Shown: one piece after another, positions 20,674-29,646 of the stretch
Layout: every line of letters starts with the position of its first letter
Position numbering within the stretch: the stretch's first letter is position 1
Assembly (NCBI GenBank): GCA_964483315.1
Contig: CAZAAL010000001.1
Coordinates: 48,867 to 112,866, forward strand
DNA length: 64,000 bases
Source: an uncultured Candidatus Saccharibacteria bacterium
GTDB lineage: Bacteria; Patescibacteriota; Saccharimonadia; Saccharimonadales; UBA10212
Direction of reading: 5' to 3'
The notes under the pieces: model-generated
Database searches by the model: none
Told to the model about the DNA's origin: nothing
The model's input: only the letters and a program-made list of their open reading frames with translations
Made by a program: the position numbers and the translations under genes

Positions 20674-21114
20674 TTAGGCGGGTTGGCCGATTGGTCGAAC
20701 CACTTGATCTTGCAATCGAAATATCATCTGGCTAATCTTCCAACTACCGTTGGCAGTTTTAACCACAATATATTCAATCGAGCCACGGACCGTCCAAGCA
20801 TATCGCTCACCCCTATCAGCCACATAGTGAACATGCTCCACATCGGTTGTTACCCTCGCTTTTTTAGAATTTTGCATTCTAACCGCCAACCTCTTAATGA
20901 AGTGACGAGTAGCATAAAAATAGCTACCGATTTCGCGGCGCCAACTACTTATTAGTCGGCTTCTTGGCATAATTGCCGGCGCCTCTCCACTAAGCTCTTT
21001 GGTGTCAATAAACGGCTTTTCGACAAAATAAGTCTCTAACCGCTCCCACTGTTTCATATCCTGAAGTTGCGATACTGACTCAACAACCTCTTTGATTTGG
21101 TCTCTATCGTTCAT
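20674..21114 (-). CDS. SnoaL/NTF2-like fold protein
   Basis: 146 aa. Size and pattern (WERLETYF..., WKISQMIF) fit the NTF2-like superfamily. Weak. Confidence 0.5.
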   Translation of the reverse strand: MNDRDQIKEVVESVSQLQDMKQWERLETYFVEKPFIDTKELSGEAPAIMPRSRLISSWRREIGSYFYATRHFIKRLAVRMQNSKKARVTTDVEHVHYVADRGERYAWTVRGSIEYIVVKTANGSWKISQMIFRLQDQVVRPIGQPA

Positions 21115-21552
21115 TAAAGTACTCCTCGCGTTTGCGCGCTCTTATTCGTCGCGCGTTACTTTAACCATTTTATTTTGCGATTTTTATCTGAGATTAGACT
21201 GAGAATTATCTAAATCGCACGAGGATCAGTTGAATGCAACCAATAAAGTGATGATTCATGATGGTTTCGCCTTATCATTGCCATATCGCGGATGGCTTTA
21301 AGACGAAGTTTCATGCTAGCCATAAAACTAGCTAATGTAATACTTATAAGTGAACGCTCTAGGTCTAGTTTGCGGCTTGAGCGACCTTTTAGTTTAGGTT
21401 TAACAAAGACCCTAAGATAAGCTACCAAGCAAAAACAAGCAGTTTTGGATTGATTAATAGTACAGATAAATGCTTTTTGCATTTGCCTTGGAGTTTGTCG
21501 AACTGGTGATGTTAGCTTACCCCTCATGGTAATTAAATTTTAACACGAAAAT

Positions 21553-21579
21553 CTGGCACTCACAATGTATGAGTGCTAA
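21553..21579. promoter_or_regulatory. CIRCE-like inverted repeat (CTGGCACTC-N9-GAGTGCTAA)
   Basis: The right half matches the CIRCE consensus exactly, the left half has 2 mismatches, and the spacer is 9 nt. It lies between questionable ORF 21210-21527 (-) and rlmH (+). Confidence 0.5.
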
Positions 21580-21602
21580 TTACTCTTTGGTATTATATAA
21601 AA

Positions 21603-22046
21603 ATGCACTTGACAATAATCTCGCCTGGTAAAAAATTACCAACCGAACTAGTTAGACTGTTTGAAGATTATCAAAAAAGACTAAATCGTTTTAACGTTGA
21701 GCTAGAGCTAAACTGCCCCGAAAGCGGTAAGCCTGATCAATTTATCAGTCTTATACAAAAACAAAAATCGGTTGGCGCCAGGATAGTTGTGTTAGACAAA
21801 CGTGGACATCAATTTAGTTCAAGCCAACTTGCAGTTTATATTGATAAACTGAAGCTAGAAACTTCAAAAGTGGTTATAGCTATTGGTGATTCGTACGGAA
21901 TACCCCCAGAAATTTTTAAACTGGCAGACGTTACATTGAGCTTAGGCCCATTAACTCTGCCCCACCAGCTTGTACGTATTATAACCGCCGAACAAATCTA
22001 TCGAGCCTTTAGTATTAACGCTGGCCTACCCTATCACCACGAATAA
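21603..22046 (+). CDS. rlmH: 23S rRNA (pseudouridine1915-N3)-methyltransferase RlmH
   Basis: SPOUT-type sequence MHLTIISPGKK...VVIAIGDSYGIPPEI...SLGPLTLPHQLVRIITAEQIYRAF. Start taken at the ATG at 21603. Confidence 0.85.
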   Translation: MHLTIISPGKKLPTELVRLFEDYQKRLNRFNVELELNCPESGKPDQFISLIQKQKSVGARIVVLDKRGHQFSSSQLAVYIDKLKLETSKVVIAIGDSYGIPPEIFKLADVTLSLGPLTLPHQLVRIITAEQIYRAFSINAGLPYHHE

Positions 22047-22087
22047 ACTTTGTTGATTCATTTTACAATTTACTATTATCAATTTAC

Positions 22088-22504
22088 CTAGGTGACTAAG
22101 CCGGGGTTGGATTCGGCGATTTTTAGCACTTTGTCGAGTTCTTCTAGATTAAGATCGTCTAGTTTTTTAAAACGTATACAGCTTTTACCAACGCTGACTT
22201 TGCCAAGTTTATCTTTGTGCTTTTCAGCTAAGTATGCGCCATCAACAACAGCGCAAACATATAAGCTTATGTAATTTTTTTGGCTCGCCAGTGCAACAGT
22301 TGGCCAATCAACAGTCTCGTTCTTATAGTTTTTATACTTAAAACTGCCATATCCGAGCATGTTGTAGGCAAAGTGTGGTTTAAGTGTTGGGGCGATTTTT
22401 TGGATGTGATTATGCAAAAAAGTAACTACTGCTTTTCGCTCAGGGTTAAGCATGCCAATATACTCATCAACACTTTTAGCGTTTACTGGTTTAAACATAT
22501 TCAT
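22088..22504 (-). CDS. DUF1801 (YdhG-like) domain protein
   Basis: 138 aa. Pattern EYIGMLNPERKAVVTFLHNHIQKIAP...SCIRFKKLDDL. Confidence 0.6.
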   Translation of the reverse strand: MNMFKPVNAKSVDEYIGMLNPERKAVVTFLHNHIQKIAPTLKPHFAYNMLGYGSFKYKNYKNETVDWPTVALASQKNYISLYVCAVVDGAYLAEKHKDKLGKVSVGKSCIRFKKLDDLNLEELDKVLKIAESNPGLVT

Positions 22505-22522
22505 GCTATTTGGTTAGCTTGA

Positions 22523-22990
22523 CTACAAACCGACTAATCCGATTGTAAGACCCATTACCATAATTGTTACAAACTCATTACCAAGGTTCATCAATGTTAG
22601 CTTTGTTTTTCGTTGCTCAAATAAGTCATGTGTTAGCATTCGAGCTGCTGTTAGTCCTAGCCACAACCAAAATGCTGTAAATAATGAGTCATATAAAAAT
22701 TCATCTTCAAAAAATTTATTTGACAAGAATACCACGTGAGCTAGTACATACGCAGTAACTAATGATGCCAAAAACGTTAGTCCCATGGCTTTCATTGCGC
22801 CGGATTTCATGTCTTCGTCTTTTAGTTTGACTAGCTTTTGCCATTTAGCGCCAAATACCGGTTTTGCATACCAAATAGCTCCGACCACCATTGAGCTAAT
22901 GGCTGCCAATAGCACCCCTAATAAATTGACTTCAATCGCAGGACTATTTACTACCTCATCGGCGTGAGCCATAAAAGTTAATAATTCCAT
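22523..22990 (-). CDS. DUF1761-like membrane protein
   Basis: 155 aa, 4 TM, with WYAKPVFGAKW. Confidence 0.55.
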   Translation of the reverse strand: MELLTFMAHADEVVNSPAIEVNLLGVLLAAISSMVVGAIWYAKPVFGAKWQKLVKLKDEDMKSGAMKAMGLTFLASLVTAYVLAHVVFLSNKFFEDEFLYDSLFTAFWLWLGLTAARMLTHDLFEQRKTKLTLMNLGNEFVTIMVMGLTIGLVGL

Positions 22991-23045
22991 CTAGCGTCCC
23001 CTTTTTAATTAAGCTAATTATGCGCTTAGAACATTAAAAATTCAA

Positions 23046-23067
23046 TTGGCGGAGAGGGAGGGATTTG
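23046..23067 (-). repeat. 22-nt direct repeat of the tRNA-Ser(GGA) 3' end (partial tRNA copy, no T-arm partner)
   Basis: TTGGCGGAGAGGGAGGGATTTG at 23046-23067 is identical to 23229-23250, which is the 3' acceptor/T-arm of the adjacent tRNA. Offset is 183 bp. Confidence 0.85.
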
Positions 23068-23195
23068 TGAGTCACGAGTCTAATTACTATGAAATTAGCT
23101 CTCGACCCCGGCTCGCGGTTTGCCTGAATGGGCAAACATCGCTCCGCCCGTTCAAATCCCACCCAAGCCAAGCAGTTGGCTTGCTTCCTAGCGCC

Positions 23196-23223
23196 AAATT
23201 AAAAACCCGCTTTCTGCGGGTTC
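23196..23223 (-). terminator. Rho-independent terminator after tRNA-Ser(GGA)
   Basis: Minus-strand hairpin GAACCCGC-AGAAA-GCGGGTT followed by TTTTAATTT. Confidence 0.7.
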
Positions 23224-23229
23224 ATAATT

Positions 23230-23319
23230 TGGCGGAGAGGGAGGGATTTGAACCCTCGATACCCTTGCGGATATACTGCCTTTCCAAGGCAGCGCACTAG
23301 ACCACTATGCGACCTCTCC
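23230..23319 (-). tRNA. tRNA-Ser (anticodon GGA)
   Basis: Hand-folded cloverleaf: acceptor GGAGAGG/CCTCTCC, anticodon stem-loop CTGCC-TTGGAAA-GGCAG, long variable arm, T-arm GAGGG-TTCAAAT-CCCTC, encoded CCA. Confidence 0.9.
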
Positions 23320-23466
23320 ATTAACAGCAATATTGTAGCAAATTTACACCTTGGACTTTTTTACATCATTTTTTTGATGTAATCTATTGCTCATCTGTTA
23401 ACACAAGAGTAAACTTTTGGGTACACGAGCCTTGTTGCCTGCACAAACCGACGCCATGGTGGAGCG

Positions 23467-24417
23467 TTGTTCGGGCAAGAAGCCTTACGATTAAATAAAA
23501 CTAAGCGCAGTAAAGGGCAAAACGCTGTGGCGATTATTAAACTACAAGAAATTTCTAAAATTTACGGCTTTGGCGAGTCAACTACATTAGCATTGGACGA
23601 AGTTGATCTTACTATTGAGCACGGTGAGTTTTTAGCAATTATGGGTCCAAGCGGTAGCGGCAAAACAACCTTAATGAATATTATTGGCCTGTTAGATCAG
23701 CCTAGCCATGGCAACTACATGATTGATTCCAGGTCATTTGCCAAGTTAAGATCGAATCAAAGGGCAAAAATCCGGCGTGACAAAATTGGATTCGTTTTTC
23801 AATCATTTAATCTGTTACCAAACATGACCGTCCTTGATAACGTTGCCCTGCCAATGAGCTATAAAGGCGTACCGCTTGCAAAACGCCTAAGGCACGCCAG
23901 CGATATTTTAGAACGCGTTAATATGCGCGAACGTGAGTATTATTACCCAAAACAACTCAGTGGTGGTCAGCTACAACGAGTAGCCATCGCCAGAGCATTA
24001 GTAAATAATCCCGATATCATTATTGCCGATGAGCCAACTGGTAACTTAGATAGTGTGTCCAGCCTGACGGTTATGGAACTTTTAGCTGATTTACACCGCC
24101 AAGGCAACACTATACTGATGGTAACGCACAACCCTGGGCTTACCCGATATGCCAGTCGCGTTATTTATATGCGCGATGGCCAAATCGTTGAAGATGAAGA
24201 CACAGCAATTGGTCAGATTGCTAAAGGAGCCGAATCTGGCGAACACTTAGTTGATCCTGACGAAGATTTAATTGCTGGGGTATCAGCAATGATGAAACAA
24301 ATGCCTCCAAAAGAGCTAAAGACCAATCAAAAAAAACGTTCAAAACCAACCGCCAAAAAAAATGAGCCTAAAAAACCCAAAAGCAAAAAAACCAAAAGCA
24401 GAAAGGCTAAAAAATGA
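23467..24417 (+). CDS. ABC transporter ATP-binding protein (MacB/LolD-like) with a Lys-rich C-terminal tail
   Basis: Walker A GPSGSGKTT, signature LSGGQLQR, Walker B IIIADEPT. A more likely start is the GTG at 23527 (VAIIKLQEISKIYG). The tail is KKRSKPTAKKNEPKKPKSKKTKSRKAKK. Confidence 0.85.
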   Translation: MFGQEALRLNKTKRSKGQNAVAIIKLQEISKIYGFGESTTLALDEVDLTIEHGEFLAIMGPSGSGKTTLMNIIGLLDQPSHGNYMIDSRSFAKLRSNQRAKIRRDKIGFVFQSFNLLPNMTVLDNVALPMSYKGVPLAKRLRHASDILERVNMREREYYYPKQLSGGQLQRVAIARALVNNPDIIIADEPTGNLDSVSSLTVMELLADLHRQGNTILMVTHNPGLTRYASRVIYMRDGQIVEDEDTAIGQIAKGAESGEHLVDPDEDLIAGVSAMMKQMPPKELKTNQKKRSKPTAKKNEPKKPKSKKTKSRKAKK

Positions 24418-25646
24418 CCATTCATACTGGTAATTACAAAATGGCGCTAGCTAGCATTAGGGCTTCTAAGGGCAGGAGTCTCCTGACCATGATGGGCATA
24501 ATTATCGGCATCTGTTCGGTCATCACAGTAGCAAGCCTGGGCGAAGGCTTAAAACAACAAGTGGTAGGCGAGGTTAATCGTTCTGGTAGGGATTTAATTA
24601 TTGTCCGTTCTGGAAAAATTATTACCAAAGATGAATCGGGAAATATCGCGACTATTAATCCTTTGGCTGCTTTATCTACTAGCACACTTACCCAAAAAGA
24701 TATTGAACAAATCCGTCAATTGCCTAATGTAAAAAATGCCGTGCCAATGAGCCTAATTACCAATAGCATCTCGCACGATGAAAAAGCGTTAAATGACGCT
24801 TTTGTAATCGCAACCGAAAACGACTTACCATCTGCACTTAACCAATCAATAATTTATGGTGGGTTTTTTACCAGTGACGAATTAAATAGCGAATACGTAG
24901 TAATCGGGAAAAATATCGCCGAATCACTTTACGGCGAGCTAAATCCAGTCGGAAAGTCAATGCTAATCGAAGGTAAAACATTTATCGTGCGGGGAGTATT
25001 TGATACTTTTGAAGGCGGAGTTTTAACATCAGCCGGTACCGACTTTAACTCTAGCGTTTTTATCCCTTATCAGACTGGTCAACGCCTTACTGGTGATAAG
25101 GCCCAAATAACGCAAATCTTTGTAAAATCCAATGGTTCGGATTCGGTAGATAACACTGTTGCCGATGTAACACGCGTAGTGCGAGCCGAGCATGGTGGCC
25201 AAGATAATTTTAGTGTCATAAAACAGGAGGATCTATTAAAAATTACGGATGATGTGCTTGGTATCTTAACCAAGTTCATATCTGGTATCGCAGCAATATC
25301 TTTATTAGTTGGCGGCATTGGAATAACAAATATTATGCTTGCCAGCGTCAGCGAACGTACCCGCGAAATCGGAATCCGAAAAGCTGTTGGCGCAACCAAT
25401 CGCCAAATACTCAATCAATTTTTAGCAGAGGGTGTTGTATTGAGTGTAATTGCTGGTGTTTTTGGTATCACGATTTCGATTTTGATTAGTGTTGGCCTAA
25501 GAATGGCTACCGATTTTAAACCGGTAGTTAGCCTGCCAGTTGTGATTGTGGCAACCGGGCTTTCAATAGCTATTGGTATAATTTTTAGCCTGGCGCCAGC
25601 CTTTAAAGCATCAAATAAAGATCCGATTGAAGCGTTAAGAGGATAA
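24414..25646 (+). CDS. ABC transporter permease (MacB/FtsX-like)
   Basis: 410 aa with an N-terminal TM, a large periplasmic domain and a C-terminal FtsX 3-TM module (ERTREIGIRKAVGA). Overlaps the upstream ATPase stop by 4 nt. Confidence 0.85.
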   Translation: MTIHTGNYKMALASIRASKGRSLLTMMGIIIGICSVITVASLGEGLKQQVVGEVNRSGRDLIIVRSGKIITKDESGNIATINPLAALSTSTLTQKDIEQIRQLPNVKNAVPMSLITNSISHDEKALNDAFVIATENDLPSALNQSIIYGGFFTSDELNSEYVVIGKNIAESLYGELNPVGKSMLIEGKTFIVRGVFDTFEGGVLTSAGTDFNSSVFIPYQTGQRLTGDKAQITQIFVKSNGSDSVDNTVADVTRVVRAEHGGQDNFSVIKQEDLLKITDDVLGILTKFISGIAAISLLVGGIGITNIMLASVSERTREIGIRKAVGATNRQILNQFLAEGVVLSVIAGVFGITISILISVGLRMATDFKPVVSLPVVIVATGLSIAIGIIFSLAPAFKASNKDPIEALRG

Positions 25647-25659
25647 AATGGCAAATGGC

Positions 25660-26688
25660 CTAGGAAAGTTCAAGCTTAAACTTTTCGACTAAATCTACCG
25701 GCGTTGGATTAACTCCGTTTAACAGCGCCAAATAAATACTACAAAAATCCCCAAAAATAATATGCCATAAAAGTTGTTGCAAGTGCGTATCGCCCTGAGC
25801 CGCTAAATTAATTGGGAACGGGATTTTGCCGCTGAGCAATTTTTGGGACACTTCAAACCGACGCTGAATCCTTGGATGCTCTAAATTACTTAACAGATTA
25901 ACCACCGCGTAGGGCTTGTGTTCTGGGTGCGAGCTCCAGCCTATCATTTCGTTATGGTTAAACTCGGGAATTTGATTCCACCAAGCTACATTTTTAGCAT
26001 TTTCGTTGATACTTATCTTCCATTTATACGCAGCAGATGACATTTTTGGCCCAGAATACACAACTACGCTCTTGCCCATTAGCTCAAGAGCAATCTGTTT
26101 TGGGTGATTATCTTTGACTGGCACATCTGGGCGCCACCACTTTACTACCTCAGCCAAAAAATGGCTGGCTTTATTAAGCTCTACATCCAGAGAATCCTTA
26201 TTAGCTAGGCCCGCTTGGCATAAAATTGTCATCAGCGCTTTGTAGCTGTATAAAGTTGCGTAACGTGGTTGGGTAACTTTTGGTAAGGTTATCGCCAAGT
26301 AGCTTTTTTGGATCGCTAAATCAATTAATTTACCGCCTCCAGCAAGCACTACGATTTTACAACCAACTTTTTCAGCCTGCTCTAAAGCCGAAAGCGTCTC
26401 TTCAGTATTGCCAGAATAACTCGAGGCAATAAATAAAGTTTTTGGACCGACAAAAACAGGAATATCATAACCACGGCAAATAATCATTGGCACCGCTAGA
26501 CCTGGAAAGTTATTTGCGAGTTGAGCCGACAGGGCCGATCCACCCATACCAGCTACCACAACGTTATCAAATTGACCTTTAATGGGCTCTAGCTCAAAAT
26601 GCTCAAGCAAAAAAGCATGTTGCTTTTCGGCTAAACCAAGTGCGTCTTGCCCATCCCTGTCGTGAATGTACTTTAAGTCATCAAGCAT
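25660..26688 (-). CDS. Bifunctional phosphoglucose/phosphomannose isomerase (SIS domains)
   Basis: 342 aa with VVAGMGGSA, ASSYSGNTEET and a C-terminal PMI-type region. Confidence 0.75.
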   Translation of the reverse strand: MLDDLKYIHDRDGQDALGLAEKQHAFLLEHFELEPIKGQFDNVVVAGMGGSALSAQLANNFPGLAVPMIICRGYDIPVFVGPKTLFIASSYSGNTEETLSALEQAEKVGCKIVVLAGGGKLIDLAIQKSYLAITLPKVTQPRYATLYSYKALMTILCQAGLANKDSLDVELNKASHFLAEVVKWWRPDVPVKDNHPKQIALELMGKSVVVYSGPKMSSAAYKWKISINENAKNVAWWNQIPEFNHNEMIGWSSHPEHKPYAVVNLLSNLEHPRIQRRFEVSQKLLSGKIPFPINLAAQGDTHLQQLLWHIIFGDFCSIYLALLNGVNPTPVDLVEKFKLELS

Positions 26689-26902
26689 AAATATATTCTA
26701 ACCCAGTACCAAAATCTTGACATCACAAAATAGGAATATTATTCATTCTGCCTGTTGAGCAATCGATACGCACAGATATTTTTTATTTACAATTTATGTT
26801 GATTTAATTTTTTACTGGAATCAATGATGTTTATGCTTTAAAATTAAGTGTAAATTGATAAATGCTAACTGAATATTGCTCGCTAGCGAGCAGGGGGTGG
26901 AA

Positions 26903-27610
26903 ATGCAACCAACAACTAATGATAGCTCAACTGTCGATGCAACAATTCCGACCGGCAATGATGCTTATGTAACTGATTCATCAGCGCCAGTAACAGCACC
27001 TGCGCCTGTTTCATCGGCAATGAGCGACGCATTAGCAGCCACGGCAGCCGCTTCTGCTACTACCCCTGATCCCTCAACACCGCCGGCTGCTCCATTAACA
27101 CCGCCAAGTTCTGACGCACCAATTTTTGGACCGACGCCTGCAAGCGAGGCCTTGGCAAACGACCCATTATCGCCTTCAAATAACTCTACTGCACCTGCTG
27201 TTGCTGTACCAACCTCGGAACAAGCAATTAACAATTCTGTAGATGCCATAACAGCGGAACCCGCTCCTTCAAATCAGCCTACTGTTCCAGCTGGAGCGCC
27301 ACCAGTAGATTATTCTGCTTCGACCACCGCTCAAATAGATAACGACAGCCTACTGGCAATGAAGCAAGATGCCCTAGAGCAACTTACACCACTTGTTGGC
27401 CACCTAGATCAATCACCAGAAGAAAAATTTAAAACAACAATGATGATGCTACAAGCTACCGATAACCCCGCCTTAGTAAAAGAGGCCTACGAGTACGCCA
27501 AGCAAATTTCTGATGAAAAATCTCGGGCTCAAGCACTCTTAGATGTTGTGAACGAGATTAATTATTTTACACATCAACAAACTCAAACAGACCAACCACA
27601 AGTGTTTTAG
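26903..27610 (+). CDS. Hypothetical P/A/S/T-rich protein with a helical C-terminus
   Basis: ATG at 26903 preceded by GGGGGTGG. Low-complexity N-terminal two thirds. Confidence 0.45.
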   Translation: MQPTTNDSSTVDATIPTGNDAYVTDSSAPVTAPAPVSSAMSDALAATAAASATTPDPSTPPAAPLTPPSSDAPIFGPTPASEALANDPLSPSNNSTAPAVAVPTSEQAINNSVDAITAEPAPSNQPTVPAGAPPVDYSASTTAQIDNDSLLAMKQDALEQLTPLVGHLDQSPEEKFKTTMMMLQATDNPALVKEAYEYAKQISDEKSRAQALLDVVNEINYFTHQQTQTDQPQVF

Positions 27611-27647
27611 CAGTCGTTAGTCGTTAGTTTTGATCCTATATAATGTT

Positions 27648-27668
27648 TTGCAGGGTGGAACCCTGCAA
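27648..27668. terminator. Bidirectional terminator hairpin between convergent genes
   Basis: TTGCAGGG-TGGAA-CCCTGCAA, an 8-bp stem with T/A runs on the flanks. Confidence 0.55.
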
Positions 27669-27711
27669 GGTTAGTGTAACAGGTAGAGTAATAGATAATA
27701 CTTGTAGTGTT

Positions 27712-28218
27712 TTAGTCAGATTTTTTAGCTAGTTTGAATAACCTATAAATGTAAGCTATGGCAAACGCTAACAGGGCGACTGCAAAAGTTTCGCCTGGGC
27801 CACTGTTTGGTAAATTATTATTCGCCGTAGTAGTTTGCGTAGGTTGAGTTTGGCTAGTTGATTGGTTGGTAGATTGCGCACTTGACTCTGCACTACCGCT
27901 ATTGCTGTTTTCTGATTCGCCTGCAGGTAATGTTCCGCCTGTTTGTGCATTGTTTTGGTTGCCGGCTGGTGGATTTTGGGGCGCGTTGACGGTTGGAGTA
28001 GTTTGAGTAGTAGGTGTTGTTGTAGCTTCGTCGGTGTTAAGCTCACGATAGACCCATCGGCCACCATAGAATAAGCCGATAATAATTAAAATGGTCAAAA
28101 TCATTGTTACTAGAGCCATTACCCAGCTCCAGGCACTACTTGTTCGGCGCTCAGCATAATAGCGTTCCAGTTCTGGAACTTCTTCAATAACTTCTTTGTT
28201 ACGGTTGAATATTGACAC
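27712..28218 (-). CDS. Hypothetical T/Q/N-rich surface protein with an LPNSG sorting-signal-like C-terminus
   Basis: 168 aa with an N-terminal TM and a low-complexity spacer. The C-terminus LPNSG + hydrophobic stretch + KLAKKSD resembles a sortase signal. Confidence 0.5.
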   Translation of the reverse strand: MSIFNRNKEVIEEVPELERYYAERRTSSAWSWVMALVTMILTILIIIGLFYGGRWVYRELNTDEATTTPTTQTTPTVNAPQNPPAGNQNNAQTGGTLPAGESENSNSGSAESSAQSTNQSTSQTQPTQTTTANNNLPNSGPGETFAVALLAFAIAYIYRLFKLAKKSD

Positions 28219-28289
28219 CCGTTAGCACTCCTTAATAAACCGATTATACTATATATTGTAATATTTTCAAGGTATCATCCCCATTTTTG

Positions 28290-29519
28290 TTAATGTTCTT
28301 CAATGGCTCTTGCTATTTCTGACTGAATAATTGACAGTGCTTGATCGCACACTACTTCTCCACTTGTAAAACGATTACCATCAGTTTTATTAATTTTAAT
28401 AACAATCGATGTATATAAGTCTGGTGACAATGACTCAGCCTGATCTTGACTCAAAACTCCAATGTCTCCTAACTTCCGCATTGTTTTACGAAGCTTATGG
28501 TCGATACCAATCTTTTGCTTTGCTCCCGGTTCTAACAATCCGGCAGGCTCAAATTCATTCAAAATTTGTCTGACTCTATTTCGAAACTTAGGCTGCCAGT
28601 CTGATTCGCCTGTTCGTTTCATCTCGGTAGGTATCGCACTGGTTATTTCAGCTTCTGGTTTTTTAATAGATGCTATCTTTTTATCCTCTGCAATTTCTTC
28701 ATCTGCAGATGTTGCAACAGCTTTAAACCCGACTATTGTCCTATTAGTTCTATTGCCAGGTCGTCCTGGCAGTATAGTCTCTTTGATCAATCTTAGGCCT
28801 CTACTGGCTAAGTTCTCTTCTATGGCATCCCGGCTATAACCAATCGTTGCGTGAACCCTCGATTTAATTTTTTTTAATTCATGCGTAGAATCTGGGTAAA
28901 TAACCCTAGCCAACTCTTCAATGCTTATGATCCTCCCCTGTTGACTTTGAAGATGATCTGCTATTCGAATGTAGGCTACCGGCTTTCCGCCTCTAGAGTT
29001 TATTCTTCTACTTAGTTCATGGCCATTCTCATTTGTAACCTGACTTTCTGGAGCTGATTGTATTAAGCCAGATGATATCGAAGGATCAACTTGATCTAAA
29101 TCTGGACTGATTTCAACTGAGGTTTCAGTAAACTCTAATAGCGGAGCAAACCGCTCTACCTGCTCTTGCATCGACTCCTCCTCAATGAATAATCCTTCTA
29201 GATAACCTTCGTCAGGCACGAATCCAAAATCATCCGATGCTTGCTCAATCTGCTGAATTTCAAGTCTTACATCAGCTAACTTGCTCATATATCCTCGATG
29301 GAGCATTGCAATTTCAATTATAGGTAGGCTTGAGGTAAGTTCTACCAGTTCAGTTTGAATTTTATCCTGTTCCGACCTTACTGCTAAACTAGCTATTGCT
29401 TTAAGCCTTGGGTCAGAAAGCTTACTATCAATTTCAGATTCCCAAACATGTGTTTCAGCCAATTCTGAGGTAAGCTTACTCACGGCATGAAGATCTTCCA
29501 TTAGACTTGGATTTATCAT
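28290..29519 (-). CDS. Hypothetical protein (409 aa, acidic N-half, basic C-half)
   Basis: Long clean ORF. No family recognised. Confidence 0.55.
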   Translation of the reverse strand: MINPSLMEDLHAVSKLTSELAETHVWESEIDSKLSDPRLKAIASLAVRSEQDKIQTELVELTSSLPIIEIAMLHRGYMSKLADVRLEIQQIEQASDDFGFVPDEGYLEGLFIEEESMQEQVERFAPLLEFTETSVEISPDLDQVDPSISSGLIQSAPESQVTNENGHELSRRINSRGGKPVAYIRIADHLQSQQGRIISIEELARVIYPDSTHELKKIKSRVHATIGYSRDAIEENLASRGLRLIKETILPGRPGNRTNRTIVGFKAVATSADEEIAEDKKIASIKKPEAEITSAIPTEMKRTGESDWQPKFRNRVRQILNEFEPAGLLEPGAKQKIGIDHKLRKTMRKLGDIGVLSQDQAESLSPDLYTSIVIKINKTDGNRFTSGEVVCDQALSIIQSEIARAIEEH

Positions 29520-29590
29520 ATTACTCCACTTCTATTAAACGAATTGATTTATTTTGCTCCCCTATCGCTAACAATTCAATAGTTTGTAGT

Positions 29591-29624
29591 AAAAAATAAA
29601 CCCCTTGCACGAGGTTTATTTTTT
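29591..29624 (-). terminator. groEL terminator hairpin
   Basis: AAAAAATAAACC ... GGTTTATTTTTT, a 12-bp stem, 22 nt downstream of the groEL stop. Confidence 0.6.
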
Positions 29625-29646
29625 ACTAACAGAAGCTACCTGCTAC

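Noticed and set aside
21210-21527. 105-aa minus-strand ORF as a real gene (possibly hrcA, because CIRCE-like DNA precedes it)
   Set aside because: No similarity to HrcA by eye, odd composition and no RBS. Kept only as part of a finding, not as a feature.
23046-23300. 84-aa plus-strand ORF (and 43340-43654, 45150-45410, and the N-terminal extension of 44348-45268) containing AEREGFEPS-type sequences
   Set aside because: These are translations of tRNA genes or their antisense, not proteins.
23400-23526. Moderately GC-rich leader upstream of the ABC transporter, with a possible long-range stem (AGCCTTGTTGCC / GGCAAGAAGCCT, 10 of 12 pairs) as a riboswitch
   Set aside because: Imperfect pairing, and I recognise no known riboswitch motif. 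It may simply be part of the N-terminal coding extension (TTG at 23467).
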